Of a stretch of DNA of 64,000 nt, positions 35,994-46,982 are shown one piece after another. The translations under genes were made by a program, and so were the position numbers. The stretch spans positions 26,865 through 90,864 of the forward strand of contig MBQZ01000103.1 in assembly GCA_002134785.1 (NCBI GenBank), in the 5' to 3' direction. How positions within the stretch are numbered: the stretch's first letter is position 1; each line of letters starts with the position of its first letter. The DNA comes from Crenothrix sp. D3 (lineage in GTDB: Bacteria > Pseudomonadota > Gammaproteobacteria > Methylococcales > Methylomonadaceae). The notes below the pieces were generated by a model. It did no database searches, was not told the DNA's origin, and saw only the letters and a list, made by a program, of their open reading frames with translations.

Positions 35994-38255
35994 ATGTTAA
36001 GTAAAGAACTTGAAGTGACCTTAAACACCGCTTTTAAAAATGCGCGTGATAAACGGCACGAATTTATTACGGTAGAACATTTGTTACTGGCATTGCTAGA
36101 TAATGCGGCTGCTGAAACTATTATGAATGCGTGTGCTTGTAACATTAAGATGTTACGAGGACAGTTGACGCAATTTATTGATGAGACTATTTCATATATT
36201 CCCGAAGGCGTACAACGGGAAACACAGCCCACCTTAGGATTTCAACGCGTGTTACAACGCGCTGTGTTTCATGTGCAGGCTTCTGATAAAAAAGAAGTGA
36301 CAGGTGCGAGTTTATTTGTCGCCCTGTTCAGTGAGCAGGATTCTCATGCCATTTATTTGCTTAACAAACAAGATATAACGCGCCTTGATGTGGTTAATTT
36401 TTTAGCACATGGCACAACAAAAGCCGATCAAGACTCTGATGCGGATGAGCGTGGTGCAGAGTCTGGGCAAACGGATGCAGAAAATTCAGGGAGTCCATTA
36501 GAAAAATATACCACCAATCTAAATGAAGAAGCACGGCAAGGTCGTATTGATCCGTTAATTGGTCGAGATTTAGAAGTTGAGCGCACCATTCAAACACTGT
36601 GCCGCCGCCGTAAAAATAACCCGTTATTAGTGGGTGAAGCAGGTGTGGGTAAAACTGCCATTGCTGAAGGCTTGGCAAAAAGAATCGTAGAAGGCGATGT
36701 CCCTGAAGTCCTGAAAAATAGCGTCATTTATTCGCTAGATTTAGGGGCGTTAGTCGCAGGCACTAAGTATCGTGGCGACTTTGAAAAACGTCTAAAATCC
36801 TTGGTGACTAATCTAAAAAAAGAACCAGATTCGATTTTATTTATAGACGAAATTCATACCATCATTGGTGCGGGTTCAGCGTCAGGTGGCGTGATGGACG
36901 CGTCTAACCTCATTAAGCCTGTATTAGCGTCTGGGCAGTTGCGCTGTATAGGTTCAACCACTTATCAAGAATATCGCGGTATTTTTGAAAAAGACCACGC
37001 TTTAGCCCGTCGTTTTCAAAAAGTGGATGTGCTAGAGCCGTCTGTTGAAGATACCATTTTGATTTTAAAAGGCTTAAAAACTCGTTTTGAACAACATCAC
37101 GATGTTAAATACTCACCCGAAGCCTTACGCTTAGCCGCCGAATTATCTGATCGTTATATCACTGATAGACATCTGCCTGATAAAGCCATTGATGTGATTG
37201 ATGAGGCGGGGGCGAAACAACGCATGGCTACCGAAGCCACGCGTAAACAGCTTATTGAAGCCTGTGATATAGAAGAAATTGTGTCTAAAATAGCCAGAGT
37301 GCCTGCAAAATCGGTATCCTCTAATGACATAGACAAATTAAGCAACTTAGAAAAAAATCTAAAAATGCTGGTGTTTGGTCAAGATGAAGCGATTTCTGCC
37401 TTAGCATCTGCGATTAAGTTATCACGCGCTGGACTGCGTGATTCGCAAAAAACTATCGGTTCTTTTATTTTTGCAGGGCCAACAGGTGTCGGTAAAACTG
37501 AAGTAACGCGCCAGTTAGCAAAAGTATTAGGCGTAGAATTGATTCGCTTTGATATGTCAGAATACATGGAACGCCATACCGTTTCACGACTCATCGGCGC
37601 ACCTCCTGGTTATGTCGGTTTCGATCAAGGCGGTTTATTAACTGAACAAGTCACTAAACACCCGCACGCTGTCTTATTATTAGACGAATTGGAAAAAGCG
37701 CATCCTGATATTTTTAACCTGTTGTTGCAAGTCATGGATCACGGCTCATTAACCGACAATAATGGACGCAAAGCGGATTTTCGTAACATTATTCTGGTGA
37801 TGACGACTAACGCAGGGGCGGAAGAAGGCAGTCGTGCATCCATCGGTTTTACAGCTCAAGATCATGCCACCGATAGTTTAAAAATTATTGAAAAAGGCTT
37901 TTCACCTGAATTTCGCAACCGTTTAGATGCCATTATTCAATTCAAACCCCTCGATATTTCTATCGTTGGTTATGTAGTCGATAAATTCATTTTTGAATTA
38001 GAAGCACTATTATCCGACAAACAAGTCACGCTCTCCTTAGATACCGAAGCCCGTTTATGGTTAGCTGAACACGGTTGCGACCCAAAAATGGGTGCAAGAC
38101 CGATGGCGCGATTAATCCAAGAGAAAATTAAAAAACCTCTGGCTAATGACTTGCTATTTGGCAAACTCGCGCACGGCGGACATGTCAGAATTTATGTGGA
38201 AAATAAAGAATTGGCTTTTGCTATAGAAAGCAAAGAATTGATTGTTTCTGAATAA
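35994..38255 (+). CDS. clpA: ATP-dependent Clp protease ATP-binding subunit ClpA
   Basis: Two AAA modules ('GEAGVGKTA', 'GPTGVGKTE') and 753 aa. Confidence 0.95.
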   Translation: MLSKELEVTLNTAFKNARDKRHEFITVEHLLLALLDNAAAETIMNACACNIKMLRGQLTQFIDETISYIPEGVQRETQPTLGFQRVLQRAVFHVQASDKKEVTGASLFVALFSEQDSHAIYLLNKQDITRLDVVNFLAHGTTKADQDSDADERGAESGQTDAENSGSPLEKYTTNLNEEARQGRIDPLIGRDLEVERTIQTLCRRRKNNPLLVGEAGVGKTAIAEGLAKRIVEGDVPEVLKNSVIYSLDLGALVAGTKYRGDFEKRLKSLVTNLKKEPDSILFIDEIHTIIGAGSASGGVMDASNLIKPVLASGQLRCIGSTTYQEYRGIFEKDHALARRFQKVDVLEPSVEDTILILKGLKTRFEQHHDVKYSPEALRLAAELSDRYITDRHLPDKAIDVIDEAGAKQRMATEATRKQLIEACDIEEIVSKIARVPAKSVSSNDIDKLSNLEKNLKMLVFGQDEAISALASAIKLSRAGLRDSQKTIGSFIFAGPTGVGKTEVTRQLAKVLGVELIRFDMSEYMERHTVSRLIGAPPGYVGFDQGGLLTEQVTKHPHAVLLLDELEKAHPDIFNLLLQVMDHGSLTDNNGRKADFRNIILVMTTNAGAEEGSRASIGFTAQDHATDSLKIIEKGFSPEFRNRLDAIIQFKPLDISIVGYVVDKFIFELEALLSDKQVTLSLDTEARLWLAEHGCDPKMGARPMARLIQEKIKKPLANDLLFGKLAHGGHVRIYVENKELAFAIESKELIVSE

Positions 38256-38271
38256 ATACTAGAACGTGAGT

Positions 38272-38299
38272 GTTAATTCCATCGAAAGATGGAATTAAC
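38272..38299. terminator. Hairpin between convergent clpA and infA
   Basis: gttaattccatc / gaaa / gatggaattaac. It overlaps the infA stop codon. Confidence 0.5.
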
Positions 38300-38513
38300 G
38301 CATACGGAAAGTGATACGACCTTTAGTTAAATCGTAAGGAGTCATTTCAACTTTAACACTATCACCTGTCAAAATACGGATATAGTGTTTACGCATTTTT
38401 CCTGAAATATGAGCAGTAACAATATGCCCATTCTCCAGTTGCACGCGAAACATAGTATTCGGAAGGGTATCAATTACCTTACCTTCCATTTCAATTTGGT
38501 CTTCTTTAGCCAT
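38295..38513 (-). CDS. infA: Translation initiation factor IF-1
   Basis: '[30 protein letters not shown]...GRITFRMR', 72 aa from the internal ATG. Confidence 0.95.
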   Translation of the reverse strand: MAKEDQIEMEGKVIDTLPNTMFRVQLENGHIVTAHISGKMRKHYIRILTGDSVKVEMTPYDLTKGRITFRMR

Positions 38514-38596
38514 TGTGTGTAATCCAAGCAATTAAAAGTGTCTATTATACCACAAACCTGATTTTAACAACAGAGCCGTATCATTTGAGTTTTACA

Positions 38597-39631
38597 TCAA
38601 CGACTCAAAAACATAGCGTCACCGTAACTAAAAAACCGATAAGATTGTTCAATCGCATGCTGATATGCCTCCATAATGGGTTGATAACCTGCAAATGCAG
38701 ACACCAACATTAATAAAGTTGATTCGGGTAAATGAAAGTTAGTGAGCATGGCATCGACTGATTTAAATTGATAACTGGGGGTAATAAATAAATCAGTATC
38801 ACCACAACCTGATGTGAGTTGCCCATTTTTAGAGGCAGACTCCAACGCCCTCACTGCGGTCGTACCGATGGCAATCACCCGCCCGCCTCGCGCTCTCGTT
38901 TGCTGAACTGCTTCAACAGTTGCCGCTGAAACCGCAAAATATTCTTTGTGCATTAAATGATCAGCTAAATTTTCTACTCTCACTGGTTGAAAAGTGCCGC
39001 TACCGACGTGTAGCGTCACAAACACAGTGTTTATACCTCTGGTGTTAATTTTTTCCAGTAAGTTCTCATCAAAATGCAAACCTGCGGTCGGTGCAGCAAC
39101 AGCTCCTGCTGTTTTAGCAAATACGGTTTGATAACGGGTTAAATCAGACACATTATCGGCGCGGGTAATATAGGGCGGCAAGGGAATATGTCCAATTTGC
39201 TCTAATAAACTCAGCAAACTACTTTCACCTTTAAATTCTAATTTAAATAAATCGTCCGCCCTGCCCTGCACTTCACAGCAATAGCCTTTATCTAAATCAA
39301 TCAATGCACCTTCTTTTGGCGATTTACTGGCTCTAACGTGAGCTATCGCGTGATGATCGTCCAGTATGCGTTCAATCAAAATTTCCACTTTACCGCCACT
39401 GCGTTTTTTACCAAATAATCGTGCAGGTATTACTTTAGTATCATTAAAAACCAACAAATCATCCTTATTGATTAAATCAATGAAATCGGTGAATTGCCTG
39501 TCTACTATTTGCCCAGTGTCTCGATTCATACACAATAAACGACTCGCATCGCGATTTGGTAAGGGGTTTTGCGCAATTAACGCCTCAGGTAAATCATAGT
39601 TAAAATCACTTTTTTTCATAGTTTGGCTCAA
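38597..39631 (-). CDS. queA: S-adenosylmethionine:tRNA ribosyltransferase-isomerase
   Basis: '[16 protein letters not shown]', 'TAGLHF', '[10 protein letters not shown]'. Confidence 0.95.
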   Translation of the reverse strand: MSQTMKKSDFNYDLPEALIAQNPLPNRDASRLLCMNRDTGQIVDRQFTDFIDLINKDDLLVFNDTKVIPARLFGKKRSGGKVEILIERILDDHHAIAHVRASKSPKEGALIDLDKGYCCEVQGRADDLFKLEFKGESSLLSLLEQIGHIPLPPYITRADNVSDLTRYQTVFAKTAGAVAAPTAGLHFDENLLEKINTRGINTVFVTLHVGSGTFQPVRVENLADHLMHKEYFAVSAATVEAVQQTRARGGRVIAIGTTAVRALESASKNGQLTSGCGDTDLFITPSYQFKSVDAMLTNFHLPESTLLMLVSAFAGYQPIMEAYQHAIEQSYRFFSYGDAMFLSR

Positions 39632-39697
39632 ATTAAGTAGTTATTTTAAAAATAGACTAGCATTTTTAATACACTTTGCCTATAATACCCTTTCTGT

Positions 39698-39784
39698 GCC
39701 GGGATGGCGGAACTGGTAGACGCGCCGGATTCAAAATCCGGTGATGGTGACATCGTGCCGGTTCGATTCCGGCTCTCGGTACCA
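39698..39784 (+). tRNA. tRNA-Leu (anticodon CAA), 87 nt with a long variable arm and encoded CCA
   Basis: Acceptor GCCGGGA/TCTCGGT. Anticodon stem CCGGA/TCCGG with loop TTCAAAA. T-arm 'GGTTCGATTCC'. Confidence 0.9.
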
Positions 39785-39796
39785 AGAATAAAAATA

Positions 39797-39823
39797 GGGA
39801 TTACCATGTAATCCCTTTTTTTT
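39797..39823 (+). terminator. Rho-independent terminator after tRNA-Leu
   Basis: gggatta / ccatg / taatccc followed by T8. Confidence 0.75.
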
Positions 39824-39940
39824 GCTCAAAATTTGCCATCATAAACCGATTCATACAGCATTATTCATATCAGATTTCCCCTGCTGACTTAAGCGACTCG
39901 CATTCGTAACATTAACTGACGTACTCACCAACAAAAATTT

Positions 39941-40663
39941 ATGACTGATTTATTTAATACATGGGGAAACTTTTTTTTCCATACCCGCAATTACCTATTT
40001 CCTGCCTTTATTTTAACACTGCTGTTTATCTGGCCGCCTGTCGCACTAACTGATGCTGCGAGTTGTTTTGTTATGACAGCGGGCTTACTGATGGTTGCTT
40101 TAGGGCAGACATTTCGCATTAGCACCATTGGATTGGATTACATCGTGCGCGGTGGACGCAATAGACGCATTTACGCAGAAGATTTAGTCACAGGCGGTCT
40201 ATTTTCCCATTGCAGAAATCCGTTGTATGTTGGCAATATTTTAATTGCGATAGGTTACTTATTTGTTGCGGGTAATTGGGGCAGTATTATTGTCGGCTCA
40301 TTGTCTTTCTTAGCCATTTATCGCTTAATCGTCCACAGTGAAGAAACCTTTTTAGGCGAGAAATTTGGACAAGCCTACGCTGATTTTTGTAACGATGTAC
40401 CGCGCTGGATACCGAATTTCGCAGGCTTTTCAGACACCGTCAAAGGTTATCAATTCGACTGGCCCGCTGTTGCAGTGAAAGATGGTGGGACAATTTTTAT
40501 GTCTGTCATGGTGCCAGTGGGTTTGATCGCGTGGAAACTGTATTTGAGCAATCAATTAGGTAATTATCAAACCGTGTTAATCATCATCACTGTCATTATG
40601 ACCAGTGCTTTTTTAACGATGCGGTTTTTAAAAAAATCAGGTCGTTTAAAATCCATGCGCTAA
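39941..40663 (+). CDS. Membrane methyltransferase of the isoprenylcysteine carboxyl/phospholipid methyltransferase family
   Basis: Polytopic membrane protein with 'LVTGGLFSHCRNPLYVGNILIAIG'. Confidence 0.65.
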   Translation: MTDLFNTWGNFFFHTRNYLFPAFILTLLFIWPPVALTDAASCFVMTAGLLMVALGQTFRISTIGLDYIVRGGRNRRIYAEDLVTGGLFSHCRNPLYVGNILIAIGYLFVAGNWGSIIVGSLSFLAIYRLIVHSEETFLGEKFGQAYADFCNDVPRWIPNFAGFSDTVKGYQFDWPAVAVKDGGTIFMSVMVPVGLIAWKLYLSNQLGNYQTVLIIITVIMTSAFLTMRFLKKSGRLKSMR

Positions 40664-40740
40664 ATCATTTCAGTTGAAACAAAGACCTCTGGGGTCTATT
40701 ACAACAAATAATTCATTTAAAACACAATCGAGCAAACAGC

Positions 40741-41733
40741 ATGAAATTCGTCGTCTCCTACCCACAAACCAACTGGGATTATGTCAAGTTCAGATTAAAC
40801 CGCATTATTCGCGGTAAAGATAAATCTAATGATGTTTTTAGAGGTTTACCTGGTGGCAAACTGGAATTATTTGAACATAACGGCGAATTAGGCGGTATAA
40901 AATCACTGGGGGAAATTTATCCGATTAAACCATTCGGAATGCAGTATGTAGCAGATGAAGGTTTATATTTTATTACGGGTTTACCGTGCAGCGAAGAAGG
41001 CGTATCAGGTGATGAACACATTGCCCGACTCAATGACAACGGCGAAATTGATTTAGAAATTCGCAGCCCATTACTCACACAAGTGCGCTCACTGCGCCGC
41101 ACTGAAAATGGTTTAATGGTCACTGCCAGTGGTGTCGATGCCATTTTAGAATTTGATTTATCAGGTGCATTAATTTGGTCATGGTGGGCAACAGAACACG
41201 GTTACGACCAAGCCTACGGTGGCAGTGGCACACGCGTGATTGATAAAACTATGGATCACCGTTTAAAAAATTACCCAGGCCGTTTGCAAACCACACACAT
41301 GAATTCGGCGATTGTCGATCCTTACGACTCATCAAAAGTGCTGACGATTTTATTTTATCAAGGCAAAGTAGCGCGTATTGATAGAAACACCTTAGAACAT
41401 GAGATTGTTATCAGTGACTTAAACGGCGCACACCATATCCGACCACATTCAGGTGGTTATATGCTATCCAATTCGCGCAAAGGTGAAGTGTTATTGTTCG
41501 ATAAAGACTTCAATTTGACTGAACGCATTGCTGGCACGAACCAATATTTCCCTGTGAAATGGGTACAAGATGCGATTGAAACCCCATTCGGTACGCACCT
41601 TATCGCTGATTGCAACACCTTTAAATTGCGCGAACGCGATAAAAACGGTAAAGAAAAAAGCTATAACACAAAAATGCCCAACCGCGTGTTTCAAATCGAA
41701 CCTGTAGCAGACAGCTTCAACTTTAAAAAATAA
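40741..41733 (+). CDS. Hypothetical protein (possibly beta-propeller-like)
   Basis: A long ORF with no motif I recognise. It is adjacent to waaF. Confidence 0.45.
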   Translation: MKFVVSYPQTNWDYVKFRLNRIIRGKDKSNDVFRGLPGGKLELFEHNGELGGIKSLGEIYPIKPFGMQYVADEGLYFITGLPCSEEGVSGDEHIARLNDNGEIDLEIRSPLLTQVRSLRRTENGLMVTASGVDAILEFDLSGALIWSWWATEHGYDQAYGGSGTRVIDKTMDHRLKNYPGRLQTTHMNSAIVDPYDSSKVLTILFYQGKVARIDRNTLEHEIVISDLNGAHHIRPHSGGYMLSNSRKGEVLLFDKDFNLTERIAGTNQYFPVKWVQDAIETPFGTHLIADCNTFKLRERDKNGKEKSYNTKMPNRVFQIEPVADSFNFKK

Positions 41734-41747
41734 CACGCAAATTTAAC

Positions 41748-42743
41748 GTGCGTATTTTAATTGTCGGAGCGTCTTGGGTGGGTGATATGGTGATGGCGCA
41801 AAGCCTGTTTATCACCCTGAAACAACAACACCCAGACTGTCAAATTGATGTCATTGCCCCGCCGTGGACACTGGCATTATTGGCGCGGATGCCCGAAGTG
41901 TCTCTGGCAATTGAAATGCCCTCTGTGCGTAATAAACTGGGCTTAATGATGCGTATTCAGTTGGGTAGACAGTTGCGCGACCATCATTATGACCAAGCAA
42001 TTTTACTGCCCAACACTTGGAAATCCGCGCTCACGCCGTTTTTTGCCAACATTCCCGTAAGAACAGGTTATGTCGGCGAGTGTCGCTGGGGTTTACTTAA
42101 CGATGTACGGCGTTTGGATAAAACTGTATTAACCAAAACTGTACAACGCTTTGTTGCCTTTGCCTTCCCTGCAACGGTGAACGCTGTACCCAACTGCCCT
42201 GCCCCTGTATTTAATATCAATCCAGAACACCAGCAACAACTCATTACAAAATACGCGCTACCCACCGACCGTAAAATTTTAGCCCTGTGTGCAGGTGCAG
42301 AATACGGTGAAGCCAAACGCTGGCCAGTTACCCATTACGCCACGGTAGCACGACAAAAAATCAGCGAAGGCTGGCAAGTGTGGCTCTTAGGTTCACCCAA
42401 AGACCAAGCCGTTGCGGCTGAAATTAATCGCTTGACTGATAATGGCTGTGTCGATTTTAGCGGCAAAACCAGCATGACTGACGCAGTTGACTTATTATCC
42501 TTAGCCGATGTAGTAGTCAGCAATGATTCAGGCTTAATGCACGTTGCCAGTGCCTTAAATAAAAATCTCATTGCCATCTATGGCTCTTCTGATCCCAATT
42601 TCACCCCGCCTTTAAGCAACAAAGCCAACATTATTTATTTAGGTCTTCCTTGCTCCCCATGTTTTAAACGCGACTGCCCATTAGGGCATACTCATTGTTT
42701 AACAGAGATCAGTGCCGAACACGTCATCACTCAATTATCGTAA
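41748..42743 (+). CDS. waaF: ADP-heptose:LPS heptosyltransferase II
   Basis: 'MRILIVGASWVGDMVMAQSLFITLK' (GTG start) and 'NDSGLMHVASAL'. Confidence 0.85.
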   Translation: MRILIVGASWVGDMVMAQSLFITLKQQHPDCQIDVIAPPWTLALLARMPEVSLAIEMPSVRNKLGLMMRIQLGRQLRDHHYDQAILLPNTWKSALTPFFANIPVRTGYVGECRWGLLNDVRRLDKTVLTKTVQRFVAFAFPATVNAVPNCPAPVFNINPEHQQQLITKYALPTDRKILALCAGAEYGEAKRWPVTHYATVARQKISEGWQVWLLGSPKDQAVAAEINRLTDNGCVDFSGKTSMTDAVDLLSLADVVVSNDSGLMHVASALNKNLIAIYGSSDPNFTPPLSNKANIIYLGLPCSPCFKRDCPLGHTHCLTEISAEHVITQLS

Positions 42744-42867
42744 AAACCTGTAATACAACGTCTTTACAAAATGAACAGCTACCAATAAATCAAGGATTGC
42801 TATAATGACCACCTCGGTGTTCATCGTTACAAGTTGAACAGACAATGCTAAAAAGGAGTAATCGGTT

Positions 42868-44256
42868 TTGACAAACGTGCAGGATATTACCAGTCCGATG
42901 AGTACATCGGAAAAACGTGCAGTAGCTTCATTAGCAAGTATTTACGCCTTGCGAATGCTGGGGCTATTTATGATATTGCCCGTGTTATCGTTATTTTCCG
43001 AACAGCTTGAAGGATCGACTCATGCGTTGATCGGCTTAGCAATGGGCATTTATGGTTTGCCACAAGTGTTGTTGCAAATTCCTTTTGGGCTGCTATCGGA
43101 TCGCTTTGGTCGCAAAAAAATTATTCTTATCGGTCTGTTGTTGTTTTTTATTGGTAGTGTGATTGCCGCTTTTTCTACCACGATTTACGGTGTCATTGTG
43201 GGGCGTGCTTTTCAAGGTGCGGGCGCGGTGTCTGCGGTCGTCATGGCATTGGTCGCTGATTTAACCCAAGAAGTGCATCGTACTAAAGCAATGGCGACGA
43301 TTGGTGTCAGTATTGGGATGTCGTTTGGTGTGGGTATTATTGCAGGGCCTATTATCTCAGGCTTTGGCGGTGTACAAGCAGTGTTTGCTGTCACAGCGGT
43401 ATTAACGGTGTTGGCTATGTTAGTAGTTATTTATATCGTGCCTAATCCTCAGCACTCTAAGCTGCATCGAGATGCAGAGTTTGTCCCTGAGCAAGCCATG
43501 AACGCACTAAAAAATCCAGATTTGTTGCGCTTGGATTATGGAATTTTTGTGCTGCATTTGATTTTAATGGCCATTTTTGTGGTCGTGCCATCATTAATGC
43601 GTCAAGCAGGTTTAGAAGCGGGGTATGAGTGGCAGGTTTATTTGCCTGTGTTTGCAGGTTCAATGGTGGTGATGATTCCTTTCATTATTTTGGCAGAAAA
43701 AAAACGCAAAATGAAAGCCGTTTTTCTGGGTGCTGTGGGCGTGTTGGTGATTGCTGAATTAGGCTTATCGCAGTTTCATGACACGCTAATCAGCATTATC
43801 GGCTTTTTGGCAGTGTTTTTTTGCGGCTTTAATTTATTAGAAGCCACCCTACCCTCACTAATTTCCAAAACTGCACCCGCTGATTTAAAAGGTACAGCGA
43901 TGGGTGCGTATTCAAGCTGTCAGTTTATGGGTTTATTTCTCGGTGGTGTGATTGGCGGATGGTTCAATGGTCGCTATGGAGTGACAGCGGTATTTTTATT
44001 TTGTGCAGTTGCGGCGTTGAGTTGGTTTGTGGTGTCGCTGAGCATGAAGCCTCCGCGCTATCTAGCCAATATGCTGATTTCCCTAGAAAACTTAAATGAG
44101 CAAGTCACTCATACCTTTGTCAATCAATTGCAGGAAATTGTCGGCGTAGTCGAAGTGACTGTACACGATGAAGAAGCAGTTGCGTATCTTAAAGTAGACA
44201 GCCAGCTATTGAATAAAGACCAGTTGCAAACTTTGCTGAGCCGCTACGCTAATTGA
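42868..44256 (+). CDS. MFS transporter, YajR-like, with an extra ~70-aa C-terminal soluble domain
   Basis: 12 predicted TM helices, motif A 'GLLSDRFGRKKIILIG', and a C-terminal beta-alpha-beta-like tail 'VGVVEVTVHDEEAVAYLKVD'. Confidence 0.75.
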   Translation: MTNVQDITSPMSTSEKRAVASLASIYALRMLGLFMILPVLSLFSEQLEGSTHALIGLAMGIYGLPQVLLQIPFGLLSDRFGRKKIILIGLLLFFIGSVIAAFSTTIYGVIVGRAFQGAGAVSAVVMALVADLTQEVHRTKAMATIGVSIGMSFGVGIIAGPIISGFGGVQAVFAVTAVLTVLAMLVVIYIVPNPQHSKLHRDAEFVPEQAMNALKNPDLLRLDYGIFVLHLILMAIFVVVPSLMRQAGLEAGYEWQVYLPVFAGSMVVMIPFIILAEKKRKMKAVFLGAVGVLVIAELGLSQFHDTLISIIGFLAVFFCGFNLLEATLPSLISKTAPADLKGTAMGAYSSCQFMGLFLGGVIGGWFNGRYGVTAVFLFCAVAALSWFVVSLSMKPPRYLANMLISLENLNEQVTHTFVNQLQEIVGVVEVTVHDEEAVAYLKVDSQLLNKDQLQTLLSRYAN

Positions 44257-44270
44257 TTAATCGGGGTGCT

Positions 44271-44332
44271 GTAGGGGCAATCCCTTGTGGTTGCCCTGTT
44301 ATTAAAGGCTGGCATAAGGCACAGCCCCCTAC
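44271..44332. repeat. Second copy of the R1 palindromic repeat
   Basis: 'gtaggggcaatcccttgtggttgccctg...ggcataaggcacagccccctac'. It overlaps the stop of the downstream minus-strand gene. Confidence 0.8.
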
Positions 44333-46902
44333 TTTGATAACCGTTTTACGCCTGCTGAAGAAAGTAACTGTACAAAATCAGCCTCTAGCATAGGTTTACT
44401 GTGCAGATAACCTTGATACATATCACAACCCTGTTCGCGTAAAAATGCCAATTGTTCAGCCGTTTCTACGCCTTCTGCTAATACTTTAAAACCTAAATGA
44501 TGCGCCATTGCAATAATGGTTGCAGTGATTGCCATATCACCTGCTAAAAAAGGAATATCATCAATAAAGGTTTTGTCGATTTTTAATAAATCAACGGGGA
44601 AATATTTAAGATATGCCAACGATGAGTAGCCTGTACCAAAATCATCAATAGCAAATCGCACGCCTTGTTTATGAAGGCTATTAAGAATCTCCATAGTGTG
44701 TTGTTGATTATCCATTAAACCACTTTCGGTGATTTCCAATTCCAGATGCTCAACGGGAAATCCTGTATCAAGTAATACTTGAGTAACCAGCGCGTTAATA
44801 TTACTGCGGCTAAATTGATGAGGGGAGACATTAACTGCCAAGGTAATGGCAGGTAAACCTTGATCTAACCATTGCCGACCTAGCCTACAGGTTTCTCGTA
44901 GCACAAATTCACCCAAAGCGACAATTAAATCAGTATCCTCGGCAAGCGAAATAAATTCACTGGGCATAATAAAACCATGAATAGGATCATGCCAACGCAC
45001 TAAAGCTTCGGCACCGATAATACAGCCACTATTAATGTCGATTTGGGGTTGAAAATAAACCTGTAGTTCGTTTTGCTCAATGGCGTGAGATAAACGGGCT
45101 TCCAATTCAATGCGTTCACGCGCTTTTTCTGTTAATTCATCAGAAAAATAAGCAAAGCAACCGCGCCCTGATTCCTTGGCATGATAGAGAGCCGTATCAG
45201 CATTATCAATCAATGTTTCTAAGGTGTAGCCATGTTGTGGATAAAGAGCAATACCAATACTAACTCCGATATTTACAGTGTAATGTTCAGCCAGTGTAAA
45301 GGGTTGTTTTAAGCTGATAATAATATCGTCGGCAACCCGCGCCACATTTTCATAATGTTTGACATTTTCCATTAGAATGACAAATTCATCACCACCTAAT
45401 CGTGCCACTGTATCTACTTCACGCACACAAGATTGAATGCGTATAGCCACTTGTTGCAATAATTTATCGCCTGCAGCATGACCAAAATTATCATTAACGG
45501 CTTTAAATTTATCTAAATCCATCATTAACACTGCCATCAGATTACCTGTGCGATGATTAATATCAATGCCATGTTCGATGCGCATGTGTAGTAATCGGCG
45601 ATTAGCTAACTGTGTTAAAGGATCATAAAAAGCCAAGTTGTTAATATGTTCCTCAGCGGCTTTGCGTTCAGTAATGTCTTCCACCATTACCATAACGTAA
45701 TCGACTTCACTATTGGGCTTACGAACGCAACGTATGACTAACTTAGTGGGAATAATTTTTCCAGTGCGGCTAATAAAACGTTTTTCCATTGTGTAACCAT
45801 TAATTTCATTCGCTAACAATCGTTCAAATTGTTCAACATCGGCAGCTAAATCATCTGGATAAGTCAGTTCAGCCCACGTCATAAGACGTAATTCTTGTTC
45901 TGAATACTCTATCATGTCACACAAATATTGATTAATACGAATCCAGAATTTTTCAGGTGACGTAATTGCTAAGCCGACTAAATCTAACTCGTAAAATGCG
46001 CGTAATTGCTCGTCCGCTTGTTTACGCTCAGCTTCAACGTGTGCAAGAGTAACCTGCTTTTCTAATAACCAGCCCAACACACTGTTTTTCGAGGCATTGG
46101 GACATGAAAAATCGCCACTACCAAAATGAGAAATACATTTTTGCAGTTGATCCACTGAACCACCCAACACGGCATTCAAAGCGCGATAGGCAAGCACCAG
46201 CGTCAACAATAATAGCAATCCAAAAATGATAAATAATATCCACATGAGTGTTGCAGTACTCTCTGCGGAGTGAACAGTTTTTAGTATGCGCTGTTCTATC
46301 ATCAGATTGAATTTACCGATGGGCTGCATAATACGCGCCTTGGCTTGAAAATAAGTTGGGGAAAATAATAACGCTAGTGCTTTGCGGCGATTATCATCAG
46401 TGGTTGGCTGAGTGGCTTCGATTAACGCCATCGCGGCAAATTCATCGCGTGTCAATAAATCGGAATTGTGCTTAGCTTGTGTTAGTTTGGCAAATTCTGC
46501 TGCGGTAAAATGAACTTGCTGCTGAATTTGCTGCATGAGTTCTAGCAAGGTAATCGACTGACTTTTAGCACGAGGTCGTCGATTGTCTGCCAATACCAAG
46601 TCCCAATAAACATCTTCATAGCTTAATGGACGAGGGCTTTTACCCTCACGAATAGCGATAATTTCCAGATAGAGTTGCTTGTAAATAGGATTGCCCGTTG
46701 CCACATAGCTGCGCACTGTGTTACTGAGATCGTCAGACGAATGGCGTAATTCATCTGCCAGTAAAAATGCCTGCAAGCGCGACTCGTTAGCTAGACCTAT
46801 CTGTTTTTCTGAATGGATATAAAAGCTAAAGCTAAGAGAGAAAATGACAAACATCCCCAATACGAGCCAAAGACTGCGCGTAAACCTTAATAAGTTAGTC
46901 AT
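44329..46902 (-). CDS. Membrane sensor with PAS, GGDEF and EAL domains (c-di-GMP turnover)
   Basis: Two TM helices flank a periplasmic domain. A PAS domain follows, then 'RLGGDEFVIL', 'EALVRW' and 'DDFGTGYSSL'. Confidence 0.9.
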   Translation of the reverse strand: MTNLLRFTRSLWLVLGMFVIFSLSFSFYIHSEKQIGLANESRLQAFLLADELRHSSDDLSNTVRSYVATGNPIYKQLYLEIIAIREGKSPRPLSYEDVYWDLVLADNRRPRAKSQSITLLELMQQIQQQVHFTAAEFAKLTQAKHNSDLLTRDEFAAMALIEATQPTTDDNRRKALALLFSPTYFQAKARIMQPIGKFNLMIEQRILKTVHSAESTATLMWILFIIFGLLLLLTLVLAYRALNAVLGGSVDQLQKCISHFGSGDFSCPNASKNSVLGWLLEKQVTLAHVEAERKQADEQLRAFYELDLVGLAITSPEKFWIRINQYLCDMIEYSEQELRLMTWAELTYPDDLAADVEQFERLLANEINGYTMEKRFISRTGKIIPTKLVIRCVRKPNSEVDYVMVMVEDITERKAAEEHINNLAFYDPLTQLANRRLLHMRIEHGIDINHRTGNLMAVLMMDLDKFKAVNDNFGHAAGDKLLQQVAIRIQSCVREVDTVARLGGDEFVILMENVKHYENVARVADDIIISLKQPFTLAEHYTVNIGVSIGIALYPQHGYTLETLIDNADTALYHAKESGRGCFAYFSDELTEKARERIELEARLSHAIEQNELQVYFQPQIDINSGCIIGAEALVRWHDPIHGFIMPSEFISLAEDTDLIVALGEFVLRETCRLGRQWLDQGLPAITLAVNVSPHQFSRSNINALVTQVLLDTGFPVEHLELEITESGLMDNQQHTMEILNSLHKQGVRFAIDDFGTGYSSLAYLKYFPVDLLKIDKTFIDDIPFLAGDMAITATIIAMAHHLGFKVLAEGVETAEQLAFLREQGCDMYQGYLHSKPMLEADFVQLLSSAGVKRLSK

Positions 46903-46982
46903 TTTCTCAGCTCTTACAAAAACAGCAGGTTAGGTGTAAAACAATCATAGTCCTTTAAATTAAATTTAGTTACTTTATCTAT